From: Lama glama
Lineage: Eukaryota
Direction: 5' to 3'
Assembly (NCBI GenBank): GCA_028534125.1
Contig: CM052816.1
Location: forward strand, 46,130,001 to 46,194,000
DNA: 64,000 bases
Position numbers and translations under genes: made by a program. Positions 1 to 13,500 of the stretch are shown here, one piece after another. Within the stretch, counting starts at the first letter, position 1. Each line of letters starts with the position of its first letter. Under the pieces are notes generated by a model that saw nothing but the letters and a program-made list of their open reading frames with translations, had not been told where the DNA came from and made no database searches.

Positions 1-152
1 GAATAAATTTAACCAAGATTATGAAAGATCTGTATCCTGAAAACTATAAGATTTTGATGAAAGAAACTGAAGACGTCACAAATAAATGCAAAGATATCCC
101 ATGTTTGTGGATCAGAAGAAATAATATTGTTGAAATGTCTGAACTACCCAAA
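1..152 (+). mobile_element. L1 ORF2 fragment (post-RT region), runs off the window start
   Basis: Translates to INLTKIMKDLYPENYKILMKETEDVTNKCKDIPCLWIRRNNIVEMSELPK, matching the mammalian L1 ORF2 motif [50 protein letters not shown]. Confidence 0.93.
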
Positions 153-162
153 TCCAAAATAT

Positions 163-467
163 AGGTTCAAAGGGTCAAATACAAATTTCCAGTAATAAGA
201 TGAAAAAGTATGTGGACCTAATATTAAGTATAGAGTCTGGTTAACAGTACTGTATTATATGTTTTGAAAGTTGCTAAGAAAGTATATCTTGAATGTTCAC
301 ATTACAAGAAGTAAATTGTAATTCTGTGAGATGATGGATATGTTAACTAACTTTATCCTGTTAATCTTTTCACAATATATACATGTTACCAAGTTGCCAT
401 GTTGTACACCTTAAACTTGCACAATGTTACATGTCAATTATCTCTCAGTAAAACTGGAAAAAAAATA
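163..467 (+). mobile_element. L1MA9/L1MB-like 3' UTR with A-rich tail
   Basis: Characteristic 3' end words gaaagttgctaagaaagta and atgttgtacaccttaaacttgcacaatgttacatgtcaattatctctcagtaaaactggaaaaaaaa. Confidence 0.85.
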
Positions 468-3257
468 ATGGAAATAATTTCTCACATCAGAGATCAGATG
501 CAGGGTCTGGGGATTTATTCATGGTTAGGACATTTTGAAGTGCCAACTCTATTTTGCTTTTCCTCCCTACTAAGAAAACTTGTTGGAGACTTTCTTCTAA
601 CATTTTGAGATCATATAATGTGACACAAGAGACTAAGATAGGAAAACCAGATGGAATTGTGTTTATTTTTTTCTTATAGGGATTAAGGTAAATTGGTACA
701 TAGAAAAAGCAGACCAAAACTAGTAAACTCAGATTCTAAGTGTCACTCAACAGAAAATAATGTTGACAATCAAAAATTGAAAAATATATTTCTACCTCAA
801 AATACTGTCTCAGGAATAACTTTACTGTATAATGTTTCATGTGACAGCTTCCACTCAGAAGTTAGTCTTTGGAGTCACAATTTTGGAAGCATTTCTTTGA
901 TGAGTATTATAGTCACAGTAATTGAAGTGAAAATATTGTTTAATGGCAACCATCTCTCTTAACACCATAAAAACACATAAAAATGGTATATTAGACCAGT
1001 GCAGAAGCAAAGAAATATAAAATCTAAATTATTTCTGTCTTTTGCACACAAGCAATTTTTAAGAGCTGGAAATTAGTATTTCAAAGCCTTAGTTTTTGTT
1101 GTTGCTGCTTTTATTTCTGTATTGGTAGGTTTTGAATATTGAGACTATCATTTTATTTTAAAATTGATTTGGCTTAAGGTTAAAGGTAATATATTTTTCC
1201 TTCTACTTTTACAATGCTTAAGTTGTCACACCTAGCAACAAGAGCATTGCTGGTATTTTTTGGTGGATAATATTAGTCAACCAAAGCAGAAGTGGCAGAA
1301 GCATTCCAGCCCAGAAAATTCCCAAGAAGAGGCTAAATTATGAGGAATCTATATCTAAAATTACATTAGTGTTCTCCAACTACAGGAAACTTGCTAATAG
1401 TGATGTTCATTAATTTTATCTCCTTTGGTTCATTAATTTTATGTTGTTGACTGTGAAAATGACACTGTGCTTCCAGCCTGAAGATTATAAGTCTTCCTTT
1501 GCAATTTTTTTCATTATCACACTGGTCCAAATTAGATTAAACTACATTCATGGCATATGAGCAAAACTGAGTAAATAAAGTTTGTATTTTATGAATGAAC
1601 CAAAAGGATTACCGATTAAAGAGAACAAGACACTAAAAATTCTTCTATGGGAAAATATGTTGCCCTTTTCTTAATGAGGCTGCAACCAGGGGCAACAAGA
1701 CTTATGTCTGATAACAATCACATTCAGATCAAATGAGATTGTGCAAACATAAAACCATAGTAATATGATCCTGTTTTATGCACCAAGAGATTGGGTTAGG
1801 GCAAGATAGACAAATCATTAGTCAAGAGCATATTTTGCTAAAGATCGAGATCTTTGGGGCACACAGTATCATTTTCTTCATGTCCTTTCCAAGCCTGTGT
1901 CTATCTATGGAGGAAAAATGGATATCTCCCCGCTAAGACAATGACAGAAATAGGCTGTGGCTATGCGTCTGTGTCCAATCAGCAGCAACATGCATAGTAA
2001 TATGCAGCACAGCTTGTGTAATGAAGTTCCCAGCGTGCAGTCTGGAAAGGTGTCCTCCAGTGTGTAAGGTGATTTATTTCCTCTGTCAGGAGGCAGGACA
2101 GCCAGGACTTGTCCTTCCCTACCATACCTGCAAAAATACTCTGTCATCTTGGGAAGTGGTAATGGACTCCGCGAGAGCTGTACCGGGGCATTGTTTTGAA
2201 CCCTTCATTTAGCTGGGCTATTTCCTGTGCCTTTTAATTCTGTGACTGCAGCATTAAAGGGGATTTCTTCAAAAACAAAGCAATCTCTAAGGAGAAGGGC
2301 TACCACATTGTAATATTGCCTTGAAAGCAGTATTTATAGTGACGAATAAAAACACTTTTGCTGTGGCAAAAGTATACAGAAAATGAGAGGAAACAGCTTT
2401 GTGTATAATTTAACAACTTTCTCTATAGTCAGAGTGAAAGAAAAACAAGATTTGTGTTTGCTCCTTAGGATTATTGAAATCTGTACATTTCCAATAGCCG
2501 TGATTTCTAGTGCTAAATTGTAGCTATGAACCATACTATATTAACTACATTAGCTCTTAACTATAGTTTTTCTTAGCTATTTATATTAGATTATGATCTA
2601 GAATTTTAATTTCCTTTTAATCTTTTATATATATACGGAGTTTTGTCCATCAATAGCTATTATTTCCAAACCAGACCTTTATTTATTTTTAAGTAAGACA
2701 AAAATAAGGGAAATGAAATTTAAAAGTGTAAACCAAACAATTCTTTTTCATTTCCAATTGTTACACTCATTAAATAACAAAATGTGTTCTATTTTTCAAA
2801 AGATGAGAGAATCAAGAGAATAAAACTGATCTCCTAATATTGGTATCAGTTATTTGTTACCAAGATTTTTTATATCAGGTGTTTTTATAAATGCTTTACA
2901 TTATATGTTTCCTCACATAATTTAGTATTGAGAAAAGCTTCATTATTTGTTTTTAGAAAATGCATCTTACAGTATGTATCTCCAGCATTTCAAAAATCTG
3001 TATTTTGAAGTGTTAGTAAGAATTTCTTTTGGGCAACTTACAAGTGGAAATAAGGTGTGATTTGTCTATAAACGAAACAGTTATCAGTGCTGGAAGGCTA
3101 GTATGGGAAAAATTTTTCTTCTAAAGAAAGAAAAAAGAAATACAAAAAATTATCTTAATGTTCAATTGAAGTATTTCTGATGAAAATTTTATATGAGACT
3201 TCTTTCTAATAAGTTTATCTTAGAGAAGCATGGTAGTTACTTGGCCAAATTCATTGA

Positions 3258-3495
3258 AGAAGCATAGTGTCACGGCAAGATCTCAGCTGGCACGTGCTTG
3301 GGTTTAGACTCAGTTTCATCTAGAGCTCCACCACTTTCTAGTGCATGTCTGTGGATAAGTCACTTTCTTAGGCCTCAGATTCCTTGTCTCTAACATAGGT
3401 ATAATGATTTTTTTGGATGTTGTGATCCATACGGCTTTACAAATCTCAATTAGTTAATTTTGTGGAAGATTTGGCACAGCACCTGGCACCTAGGG
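3258..3495 (+). mobile_element. MIR SINE
   Basis: Core-like ggataagtcactttcttaggcctcagattccttgtctctaacatagg; tail ggcacagcacctggcacctag. Confidence 0.7.
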
Positions 3496-4032
3496 TGTAT
3501 ATTTGATATACATACTGCATTCAGTAAGCCTGTCTGTGTCACTTTAAATTTTGCTGCACGTTTCTGTACTTTGCTACTTTCTGTGGGTTCAGATTCTAGG
3601 CTTTAAGTTCTACAGAGCTACTGTGGAGATCATTTTGATATCTTTCTGATGTTCTTTCAGGAATTTTAGTCAAGTAACATCTTATTTTGTCTTCAACAAA
3701 CTTATTACTTACCATGTAGGGCTTGATAGGAAACTGTTTTAAAGGTTAAATCAGCTCCTTCCATTTGGATAGCTCCAAGCATTGTCTTTGAATTATCTGA
3801 GTGATCACTTATGCCTATGCATGTAAATAGTTTTAAGCTTAAATCTAAAGGGAGGATGAAGAGCTGGGAAGAGCAGTGAGCTAGCCTTATTGGAATTTCT
3901 ATTGATGGTGATTGGTGTTACTCTAAAATGAAAAGGCAAAAATGTAAAATCAAGAGGGGTTTACCTTACTCTTCAGAACCTATTTTGTCTTTCTCTATAC
4001 TCTTACTTCTATTGGACTCTTACTTTGGCCAG

Positions 4033-4200
4033 AAGATTTTCACACACTAGCTCATTTAATCCTTGCAGTAAGCTTGTGAGTATATGTCATTAATCATCTT
4101 TTAAAGGAAACTGCATCTTTGAGAGGTCAGGTAGCTTTCTCAAGGTCACCCAGTGATGAGGGAAGAACCAGAACTCAAACCAGTCTTGCCTCACTCCATG
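4033..4200 (-). mobile_element. MIR SINE
   Basis: ctcatttaatcctt...aggaaactg...gagaggtcaggtagctttctcaaggtcacccag...agaactcaaacc is the reverse-strand MIR pattern. Confidence 0.7.
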
Positions 4201-4809
4201 CCACAATTCTTTACTATGCTGTAAAAACCTCTTCCATTTCTCTTCCTTCTCCTCCTTGGCCTCCTCCTCCTTCTGTATTCCTCTCTCACCATCTCCACCT
4301 CATTCCCATCTTCTCCTTTAGGTAATCATGGTGTAGAATGAAAAATAAATCTATGTCTTTTCAAATTTATGTTTAATTATACTTTAATTGAAAACCACTG
4401 AATAATCCCTTTATTCCATTTTGTAAAAAAATATGTCACTACTGTAAGTTGAATGTTAGATTTACATCGTTTCTCACCATTAATGACTTTGAGGTGTAAT
4501 CAGTTTCTGTGACTGAGTAGATTCAATTTGGGGTCAAATTATTCTTCTATGGTGAACAGAGAGATTAAGACTATACACTAATAGCAAAGACGACATTGAG
4601 GTTAGGGTCTAGAAGATCAGAATCAGGTTGTGTGGTCCAAAATGAGATGCATAATATCCATTGACCTGTTATGTCAAAATCAGGGACCTAGGAGGACAGA
4701 GTTAGACTGCTACCTAAATCAGAAACATCAGGGATTGCAATCAAGAAGACAAAGAAAATATTATAGGTCAGCATCTCATCAGAAGGTATAGCAGGGGAAA
4801 GAGGACTCT

Positions 4810-4947
4810 TGGAAAATTGTGTAACTTCCCTGACACTTAGCTTTCTTATCTTCAAATATGGATATAACTCCTTAAGTTGTGACATTTAGACGTACTGCAT
4901 GAAATGCACCCAACAGTTCCTAACATATGGCTATAACCCAATAAATA
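4810..4947 (+). mobile_element. MIR SINE fragment
   Basis: taacttccctgacacttagctttcttatcttcaaatatggatataa and tail cctaacatatgg...caataaat. Confidence 0.55.
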
Positions 4948-5165
4948 GCCCTACAAGGGAAGAAAATCCTAATGTTTTGAATACTTGGATATGACTTGGA
5001 CTCATAGTTTAAAATTTTCAATAAAACAATGTTCCTTAAACACCAAAGCGTTCTTCTGCTCAACGCAGGCTACCATGGCCATTCATGTGTCATTGCCCTC
5101 ATGTCCGCATGAGTGTCCAGACCCCAAATGTCAATGTTTGTTTACATAAATGAGTTAAAAAGTTT

Positions 5166-5167
<2 letters not shown>

Positions 5168-5207
<40 letters not shown>
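5168..5207. repeat. (CA)n microsatellite
   Basis: About 20 uninterrupted CA units. Confidence 0.97.
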
Positions 5208-5209
<2 letters not shown>

Positions 5210-5479
5210 GAATATACATGCATATAATGAAGGTGTATATTTCTAAAATTTGATCTCTGATGTTATGGATTCATAAGAAAGAAGAGAAATTTGCTTCTTA
5301 GACTATAATTACAAATAAATCAGTTTAAAAAATCTGAAATGGTTAATATTACTTAAAGTTATACATGTTGAACATAACTACTCTCTTTGAGACTTAGGGC
5401 ATAGATGTGAGCTGTGACTAGATGAAAAACCAATAAAATTAAATTACATGTTTACTCAAATATCTTCTGAAAAAGTCAT

Positions 5480-5850
5480 GCTCTGCTTTACTTGTGCCAT
5501 TCTCTGTGCTAAAATGCCTTTTCCTGTCTAATGTTGACCAACAAAATCCTGCTTATACTTGAGTTCAAGTGTAACTTCTGTGAGGACTTCCTTAACTGTC
5601 CCCTGCACAATTAACCATTTCTGTGTACCTTTGGCCTCCATCCCCTCCATCCAGTAGTTCATACTTCTGTTTTAGCACTTAGCAAAACTGTATTACTCTT
5701 GTTTGTCTCTGATGCCCTAATTAAATAGTGAGTTGCTTAAAAACTAGGATTCTGTCTTTTCCATCTCCTGATCCTTGAATCCTAGCACATTGCCTGCCTA
5801 ACATAATACATTGTAGAATCCTAGAGGTATATGTTGAGTAAATGGATTAA
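5480..5850 (+). mobile_element. L2 LINE 3' region
   Basis: Typical L2 3' end: gtgagttgcttaaaaactaggattctgtctt...cctagcacattgcctg...atgttgagtaaatggatt. Confidence 0.7.
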
Positions 5851-6031
5851 AGAGTTCTGTGAGACAATTCCATGGTTCACCCAGAATTGTAGTCTATATG
5901 GAATGTGGCCTTGAGGGTGATAAAGCATGGTGGTCTGTGTCATCTCTGAGGGGATTTTAAGTTCCTTGAACTAAGGATCTGAGAAATTTTCAAAAATGTT
6001 AAAGTAGTACAATTAACGGAGTCTTTTAAAA

Positions 6032-6122
6032 ATTTTTTTTAGTTGAAGTATAGTCATTTTACAATGTGTCAATTTCTGGTGTTCAGCATAATGTTTCAGT
6101 CATACATGTGCATACATATATT
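6032..6122 (-). mobile_element. Severely 5'-truncated young L1 3' end (cetartiodactyl/camelid type)
   Basis: Poly-T followed by agttgaagtatagtcattttacaatgtgtcaatttctggtgttcagcataatgtttcagtcatacat. Confidence 0.75.
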
Positions 6123-7414
6123 TTTAATACTGATGGTATCTATTTTCATTTAAAGTTTTAAATTGATAAAATTATTATTTAAGTATTTTCTCTCTTTGAA
6201 ATGAAGTAGTGTGAACAGAATCTAGGATATAACAGCTGAGTGGTGAGTGGTGTCATGGTACAGTCACTTAATTTGTTCATCAACCAAGCACCCCTAGAAA
6301 CAATGATGGTTGAACATTATACAATTCCAAATTTTTATTCTTAGTCACGTACCAGTTTTTAGCTATAATGTGATGTTGATGAAAGACAGGAAACATAACA
6401 AAAGATGAAACAAAGATGAATAAGGAGAATATAACTACAAAATTGTCTAAAGATGGTCTTTATTTGCTTTCATATGATCAGAATTCTCAGTTGCTTTCAT
6501 CTTGAGCAGAATCAAGATGTCTCTAGTCCTGCACAAGCTAATGCTAAAAGGAAAAAAAATACAATGATGAATATATATGATTTGTATTCTTATGTGCTAA
6601 AATGAAGACTCTAAATATCCATTATGTGTCATTTGTGGGATGTGTTTGCAAACAGCCTAAACTTTTAAAATCACTTGTAGGGAAAAGAACAAAAATTATA
6701 TTTTAAAAAGTTTTTAATGAAAGATGTAAAAATTCAAAATTTTAATTCAGCCAAGAATTCTTGTCTGTTAGATGAAAAGAAAGTTATATTTCAGTCTGCA
6801 TGCTAATAGACATTGTCTCCCAATTCACACATGATATGTTATTTTATAAATTTGTTCAAAATCAAGATTTTTTCATAAAACAATTAGGTTAAAGTAAATT
6901 AAATATTATGAATGATTTGTTAAGTGGGAAAGGTTGAATTTTTTCTTTCCATGCTATAAAATTTATCAGAATATGACAATCAGTTTTATAATCTTTTCTA
7001 ACATGCTAATACAAATTTTTTAATCTTCTTAAAATAACCTTTTTGTCACATTCCGTATACACGTAAAGTTATAATGGGATTTTAAAAAATAATAAGAAAG
7101 CTCTTCAAAATTAAATGCTTCTGTAAAAGGAAGTTATGAGTTAAAAATTGGGAAAACTCCCGTGTAGTTGAGGATAGAATTTGAGGATACATTTGGATCC
7201 TATTCCATTGACTTCCACTCCAAAGGCCACAACATGTTTCTGGTCTTCTAACCATAGAGGGTTTTCAATTAGACTATAAAGGAGAAGTCATAATTGGATG
7301 CTGTAAAAACTCTATTAAAATTTTGAATAATGTACAATGAAGGGATATTGTGTAACAGATGTAGTCAAATTTGCTGATGATTCACTCAGGGGAACTGCTT
7401 TAGGAAGATTAACT

Positions 7415-7535
7415 TCTGTCTGTCTGTCTGTCTGTCTACCTATCTGTCTATCCATCCATCCATCCATCCATCCAGCTAGCTATCTACCATCACATCTATT
7501 ATCTATCTATCTCTCCACATACATATCTGTCTCTA
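7415..7535. repeat. Compound tetranucleotide microsatellite (TCTG/TCCA/TCTA)
   Basis: tctgtctgtctg...tccatccatcca...tatctatc runs. Confidence 0.9.
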
Positions 7536-10500
7536 TGTTCTAATAAACCCACCAAGCTAACCATTCGCAGCTGCTCACCACATCTGAGCTGCTTACATTT
7601 TGAGCAAGGTTTAGAGGCAGGGATGTAATTAGGATACAGCTGATTGGTATGGAATATTTATACTAAACCACTGGAAGGACACTATTTAATGACTTTCATT
7701 GTTAGTTTAGTTATGATTTCTGAGTGTTCAAACAATAAAGAGCAATTTTAGAAAATGCCCCCTCATTTCTCTTCCCATTACATTTCTTACATTTTCTCTA
7801 ACTCAAGCCCAGTGCCCTACTGACTCTTACTTCTCCAGAAAATACACTTCCTTGGAGACTTTTGTCTTGTTAGCCTTAATCCCTGTTAAATCCAGTATAC
7901 TTTCTTTATCCCTGCTGCCTCCATCACTTATTGGAAAAGGCTGCTTTTTCACTTATACCTTAAGGAAACCATAATTTCTGTATATCAAAGGAGGTTTGCT
8001 TATTCTGTTACCAAACCAGGGAACAACAGAGATAAAACTTCAGACAGAAAGAGGGTCTCTGAAGCAGTAATATAAGATGACAGTATATTGAATATAATAA
8101 TAAAGCAAGAAATAGAGCTACATTACCTTCAAAATATGTTGACCTTCTATTTATCCTCTTTAGTTTTCACCAGACAAGCAAGTATTTTGATAGAAGATTT
8201 CAATATATTTTCAATCTGGTATGCAAGTGGCTATCTTATATTTATGTATTTGTTTTAGCCCATGACTAACACAGTCCTTACAGAAACTAAACCGCAAACT
8301 ATAACTGTACCAGGCTTATCTGATATTTCAGAATATTTCTAAAACTTAGGTAGGTGTTTAGTTGATGGAAAATAAAACAAACAAAAATGTGAATGAATCT
8401 CAATCTAAATTATGTTTGATTCTAATCACTGCTTGGATGGTTATTTTTTAATGTTAGGTCTTTTGTGCAAAAATGACAGGCCAACCCTTTTGCTAACGGT
8501 GTGTTTCGATGGAAGATTTCTATTTTCTTACAGCCTGAATTCAGTGCAGTCTGATCATCAAAGCAAGGAAGTACCAGCCCAGCATTCATGTGATTTAAAT
8601 ACACAAGGCTTGCATTTAAAGAACATTTAATATCCTTCTAGTTGCCCTTGGGTAAAAGAGAGTCCCCAAATCTAGTCTTTTGTGCTTCTGCAGGAATAGA
8701 ATAATAGAAAATTAAGACAATCCCTCTGACTGTGGACCTCAATCCCAGAGAGCTGGATGAGGAGTGCAGTCTCTTGACCCCTTTCTCTTTTTTTTTTTTG
8801 CTTCTGTACAAGGAGAGCCCAAAAGCAAAATCTATGGAAAATAGCTAAGAGTTCATCCGTTAGCATTTTACTGCTCAAGTACCACTAATACAAATTCAAA
8901 AAATGCTAATAAAGTCTGAAATTTCCCAGTAGGGGAGTAATGGAACACTTTTAAAAAAAGGCACTTTCAGTTAATGACTAAGGCATTTTTTGCTAACAGC
9001 AATTTTGGCTTCTTATCCCAGGTGGAGAAAAATGCATTAAACAGGAGATTAAAATGTCCTTTCAACTGCTTGGTAATGCCAGCTGCTGCTGCAGGCTAAG
9101 GCATCCATGAAGTGGCGTTTAGTTGATGGTAGTTCTGTTCCAGGGACGGAGCAAGTATGAAAATCCCGCTGGATGGGGGTCTCTTTAAATATGCTGTATA
9201 CGCACAAATAGCAAGTGTAGGAGCTGGGCTAGGATGGTAAACTGTACAATCTGTTCACTGCATTTTGGTTGTTAATTAAGAGGTGACATACAGTATGAAT
9301 GCACAGAACCTGTTGAAATTCTGTCAGGCTCTGTCTTTGCTTTCACATGTTTGAATGCTGTTTAATAAGGTGTCTTAATTGAAAGCAGAGAAATATATAA
9401 AAGTAGAGGACAAATATGTTGGATCAGGATTCTGCGACAACGTGTGCGTATTCATGATTTCTAACCCCTCGGTGCTTGTCTCCGAGACAGCTCCTCCACT
9501 TCATAAGCACAATATGCAAATTCCGTGATTTTCTTCTTGCTGTGGGGGAGAGAACCGGAGTGGAAAGTTGGAAACAGAACTTGCAAACACAAATGTGAAC
9601 TTAACAGTGACTCTGACATAAAAGAAAAAATGGTTTCTCTTGCCAAGAAATACCATTTTTTTTATGAGGAGTGTTTAAGTAAAGAAGATGGAAAAAAAGG
9701 GAGGGCACTGTTACTTTTAACAATGGATTGTATATGTATATTTTTATAGCTAAATGCATATTTTCTCTCAGCCTGTCCTCTGTGTATGAAGCCAGATTAA
9801 TACCAAACTTTATTTCCTGCAAATTGACTTCATATAATAAACATAATGAAAAAAGAAAAAACTAAAGTAAGAGCCAAAGCCGTTGGTCTCTGTGAAGCTT
9901 GGCAGTGCTAGAAACAGGAGCACACTGGAGGTCAGCCTGAGGAGCTGAGAGCTCTGGCCCTAGGTTTTAGTCTTCTTATCCATATATACAGGTTAATTAA
10001 TGAGTTGAAAGATGTGAAGACTCTGAATTTGCCTGGCACACAGCAAGTGCTCAAAAATATCCATTCTATCTCCTGTTTTTGTTATAGTCCTTGGAGGTAC
10101 CAACAGACTTAGAAAATCTGATCATAGTAAGTTCTCCTTAGAATTCTCGTTGTTCATGCTTCCCTCTTGAGCTAAAATTATAGGGATTTCTTCTGCTTAT
10201 GTTAAAGACTCTTCATCTACTTCTCCAAATGACAAGTAAAAGATGGCATTATTTAAGCAACTACATGTACACTCACTTTAACCATCATATAGTGATGACA
10301 TAAAAAGATGTCTTTTGAGTTTGAAGGTTGCTTTACCTTTACATTTGTGCTGTTGTCATCTTCCAGTCTCTTGGTGGATTCTACTCACAGAGTTGAGTAG
10401 GACTTCCTTATTTGATACCCAGATCTACTGACAGGCCCCCTCATATTTCAGCAAAATCTAAGCCCCAAAGACATACAGACCACTATATCTGAGCAGGAAG

Positions 10501-13500
10501 TTAATCTGGAACACTTGTATTCATTTGAGATACATAAACCCTCTGTTTTATAGACCTACAGTAACCTGGATTCACAGTCCACTGAAGCTCTGAGTTAACA
10601 GTAGGACTTAGGAAACAGCCATTCATTATTAGATAAATAAATGAGGAGTAACTTGAGTAAATAACTTCAGCAAATGTGCTATTCAGTTTTTAAAAACTCA
10701 CTACATCCATAGCAATAAGGACTAATTGGTACCTTCTTCAGCATATGAGGTTCAGAATTTGGAGACTAAGTTACCTGAATGGTGATTTGTGACTATTTAG
10801 CTGGGTCCAGAGACATGGAGGAAGGGATGGAAGAAGGGTAGTATTCACTTCTTAGATTTGATCCAATCTCTGGAGCCAGAATCCAGACACCAAAGTATAA
10901 TGTTTTTTAAAATATAAAATCTTCAAATTGTCAGAAATTCTGTTGCAATGATTCGCTATCATTTTATCACTGTCTTTTATCAATACTGGACATAGAATTC
11001 TCAAGAAATACTATTGCCAGAGCACTTATAAGAATGAGGTACTGCCCTTGGAGCTAAAGTCAGGCTGAGTTGAGCTGATGACTTAGGAAGCTTTGAAATG
11101 AATGCCCCGGCTTCCCAACAACAGGGTAGAGCAGTTGTACGGAAAGTTCTATGCTGAGATTCTTTGACATATTAGTAAGACTGTAAATATTATTAGATAT
11201 TTCAGACTCCTAATCACTAAGAAAATAAAACCATACCAATGCCCTCAATTACAAGTCACTTTACAATATTACTTACCGTAAGAATTTAGTTTTCTTTGGT
11301 AAATGTCAGTGAAAAACATAGCAATTACATGTTCTTACAGATTACTTGGCAACTCCATTTCAAAAGTTTGTATAACTCGCCCTCTGATTTTATAACCGAA
11401 ATAATCTCTTTACCCTATAATTACTTGCTATGTAAATACCTGTCAATAGATGATTGACTCTGGCCATTTCCATTTAATTAAAAGGTTAACACCGACACAA
11501 ATACTTTTTTATGTAATGACAATATTTATACCTATAACCACAAAGGTAGTTTAGTATCCAAGACAAATTTATTTTTGCTGTACACACTGAGATACACAAT
11601 ATGAATTTGATGTCACAGGTATGTGACATCAAATGACCCATGTAGCAATTAAAAATGTTAGGTCACTTCTAGATAATAATACTATGCAATAAGTGCACAT
11701 AGAAATGTTTCCTAAAATTATTAGTCATGTACAAATTTATTGAATTATTACATAGGTTAGGCAATAATAAGGAGTAGGACAAATTCGTTCCAGAGAGTTT
11801 TTAATTCAGTTACAAAATGTGCATAACTATTTGTCCCCATAATTCTCCTTTGAGTAGAGGAGAGAAAATAGGAAACAGAGAGAAGGGCATAGGACTTAAG
11901 ACATGTAGCTCTGTGTTCCCAGGCAAGTCTGTGGGGATAAAAGGGTGAAATGGAGCAGAAAGACAGACGAGGTCAGATGGGTTATGTGACAGGAGTAAAG
12001 AGCAGGCTAATTGAATTTGCAAGTGATATAAAATTGGGAGTTGTCGGGAACACAGGGGAAGACATTCTGTGAGTGCTGGTAGATGCTTACTTAGATTTGA
12101 GTGAGTTGACATTCTGGAACTTTGAACATTTACACTTTGCATACTTTGGCTCTTCTTTCATTGTTTGCCATCGGATTTATTAGTTTCTGTCCTTGAAAAT
12201 AGCCAATGATTATTCCATTGTCCATTCAACAAATATGTACCCAAAATGTTCCTGCCTTTTTTCACCCCGAGGAAAGACACAGAGATGAAAATAAAAATAA
12301 TCATTGTTTTTTATAGCTTTTCTGGCTTAAAAACACATTTGCCCTGAAATATTTTAGTTAAATGTAGGACACTTGGCAATTGGAGTTTTCGGATGTTACC
12401 TGGCTGTTAATTTGAAATTTTTACAAAAATCAGTACAGAATTTAACCTGAAGAATACCATGAGCAGTTTTGCAGAGCAAAAACACTCTTTAAATAAGTCA
12501 TATAAAAGAAATGGAAATTAGTGCAGTTTTTGGTGAGTTGGTGACTGAAAAGTGCCTCACCTGTGTTACCATTACTTTAGGATGGAGATGTTACTGTTAC
12601 TTAAGGATGGAGAGATACATTTACACTTCAAAAGGTTTAGTCTCCTTTGCCTTATATGAAACGTCTCAGTCTTCCTTTAATTGAATGTGGCATCATTTTT
12701 GAGTAGTGCAAGGTGCCTGGCTGTCAGTCCTAGAAGGAGGGGCCCTTCCCTGCAATGGCTAGTGAATGAGAGGTGGCAGAAGCATGGTCCTTCCCTCTCA
12801 CCCTCATTAACCTTCTCTTGCTTCACCTCTTTTCCACACAGCTCTACTAGCTCTCAAGAAAGAAAAAAAAAAAAGCTCTGGGAATGAATATAGACCTCAT
12901 AATATGATACGAAGAAATGTAGGTCATGAAAATTTCAAGCCTGATAGAAATAGTTAATGCTCATTTATGCAATGACCTATGTTGTTTAATTTATTTATAA
13001 CTTCTAAATGTTATAACATTCTTTTAAAACTTATCTCCTGTCAGTTTTCTTACAGTGCCCCAGGGAAAATTTTAAACTTGAAAGTTCCAACATTTCGGAT
13101 TTATCAAAGTGAAAGAATTTCTCAGATTCTCTTTTCAGTGGGTTTCATAGATTTTTACATTGGAAAGTTAATATAGCTTTAAAAAAAACTCTGTTAAAAA
13201 AATATTACCTCTAGGCTGAATCCGTATTTGGAGAGCTTCTGCTCCAAAGCAGTTTTGAGGCTATTTACATAAGAGGAGGAAACTGGAATTATAACTGAAA
13301 TTATTTAAATGACAAAATTCACTAAACTTGATGCTATGATAATGTCTGATGAATATACACATTTTCTGAAAAAATCGGATAAAATCTCATTCGGCTAAAG
13401 CACTTATCTGGTTTATAGTGAAAAAAGACTTGTTTCAAGGTGTTATTTTTAAAGCATTCTGCAGACTGTGAACTCAACCACTTTTTTAAAGAAAGATGTT

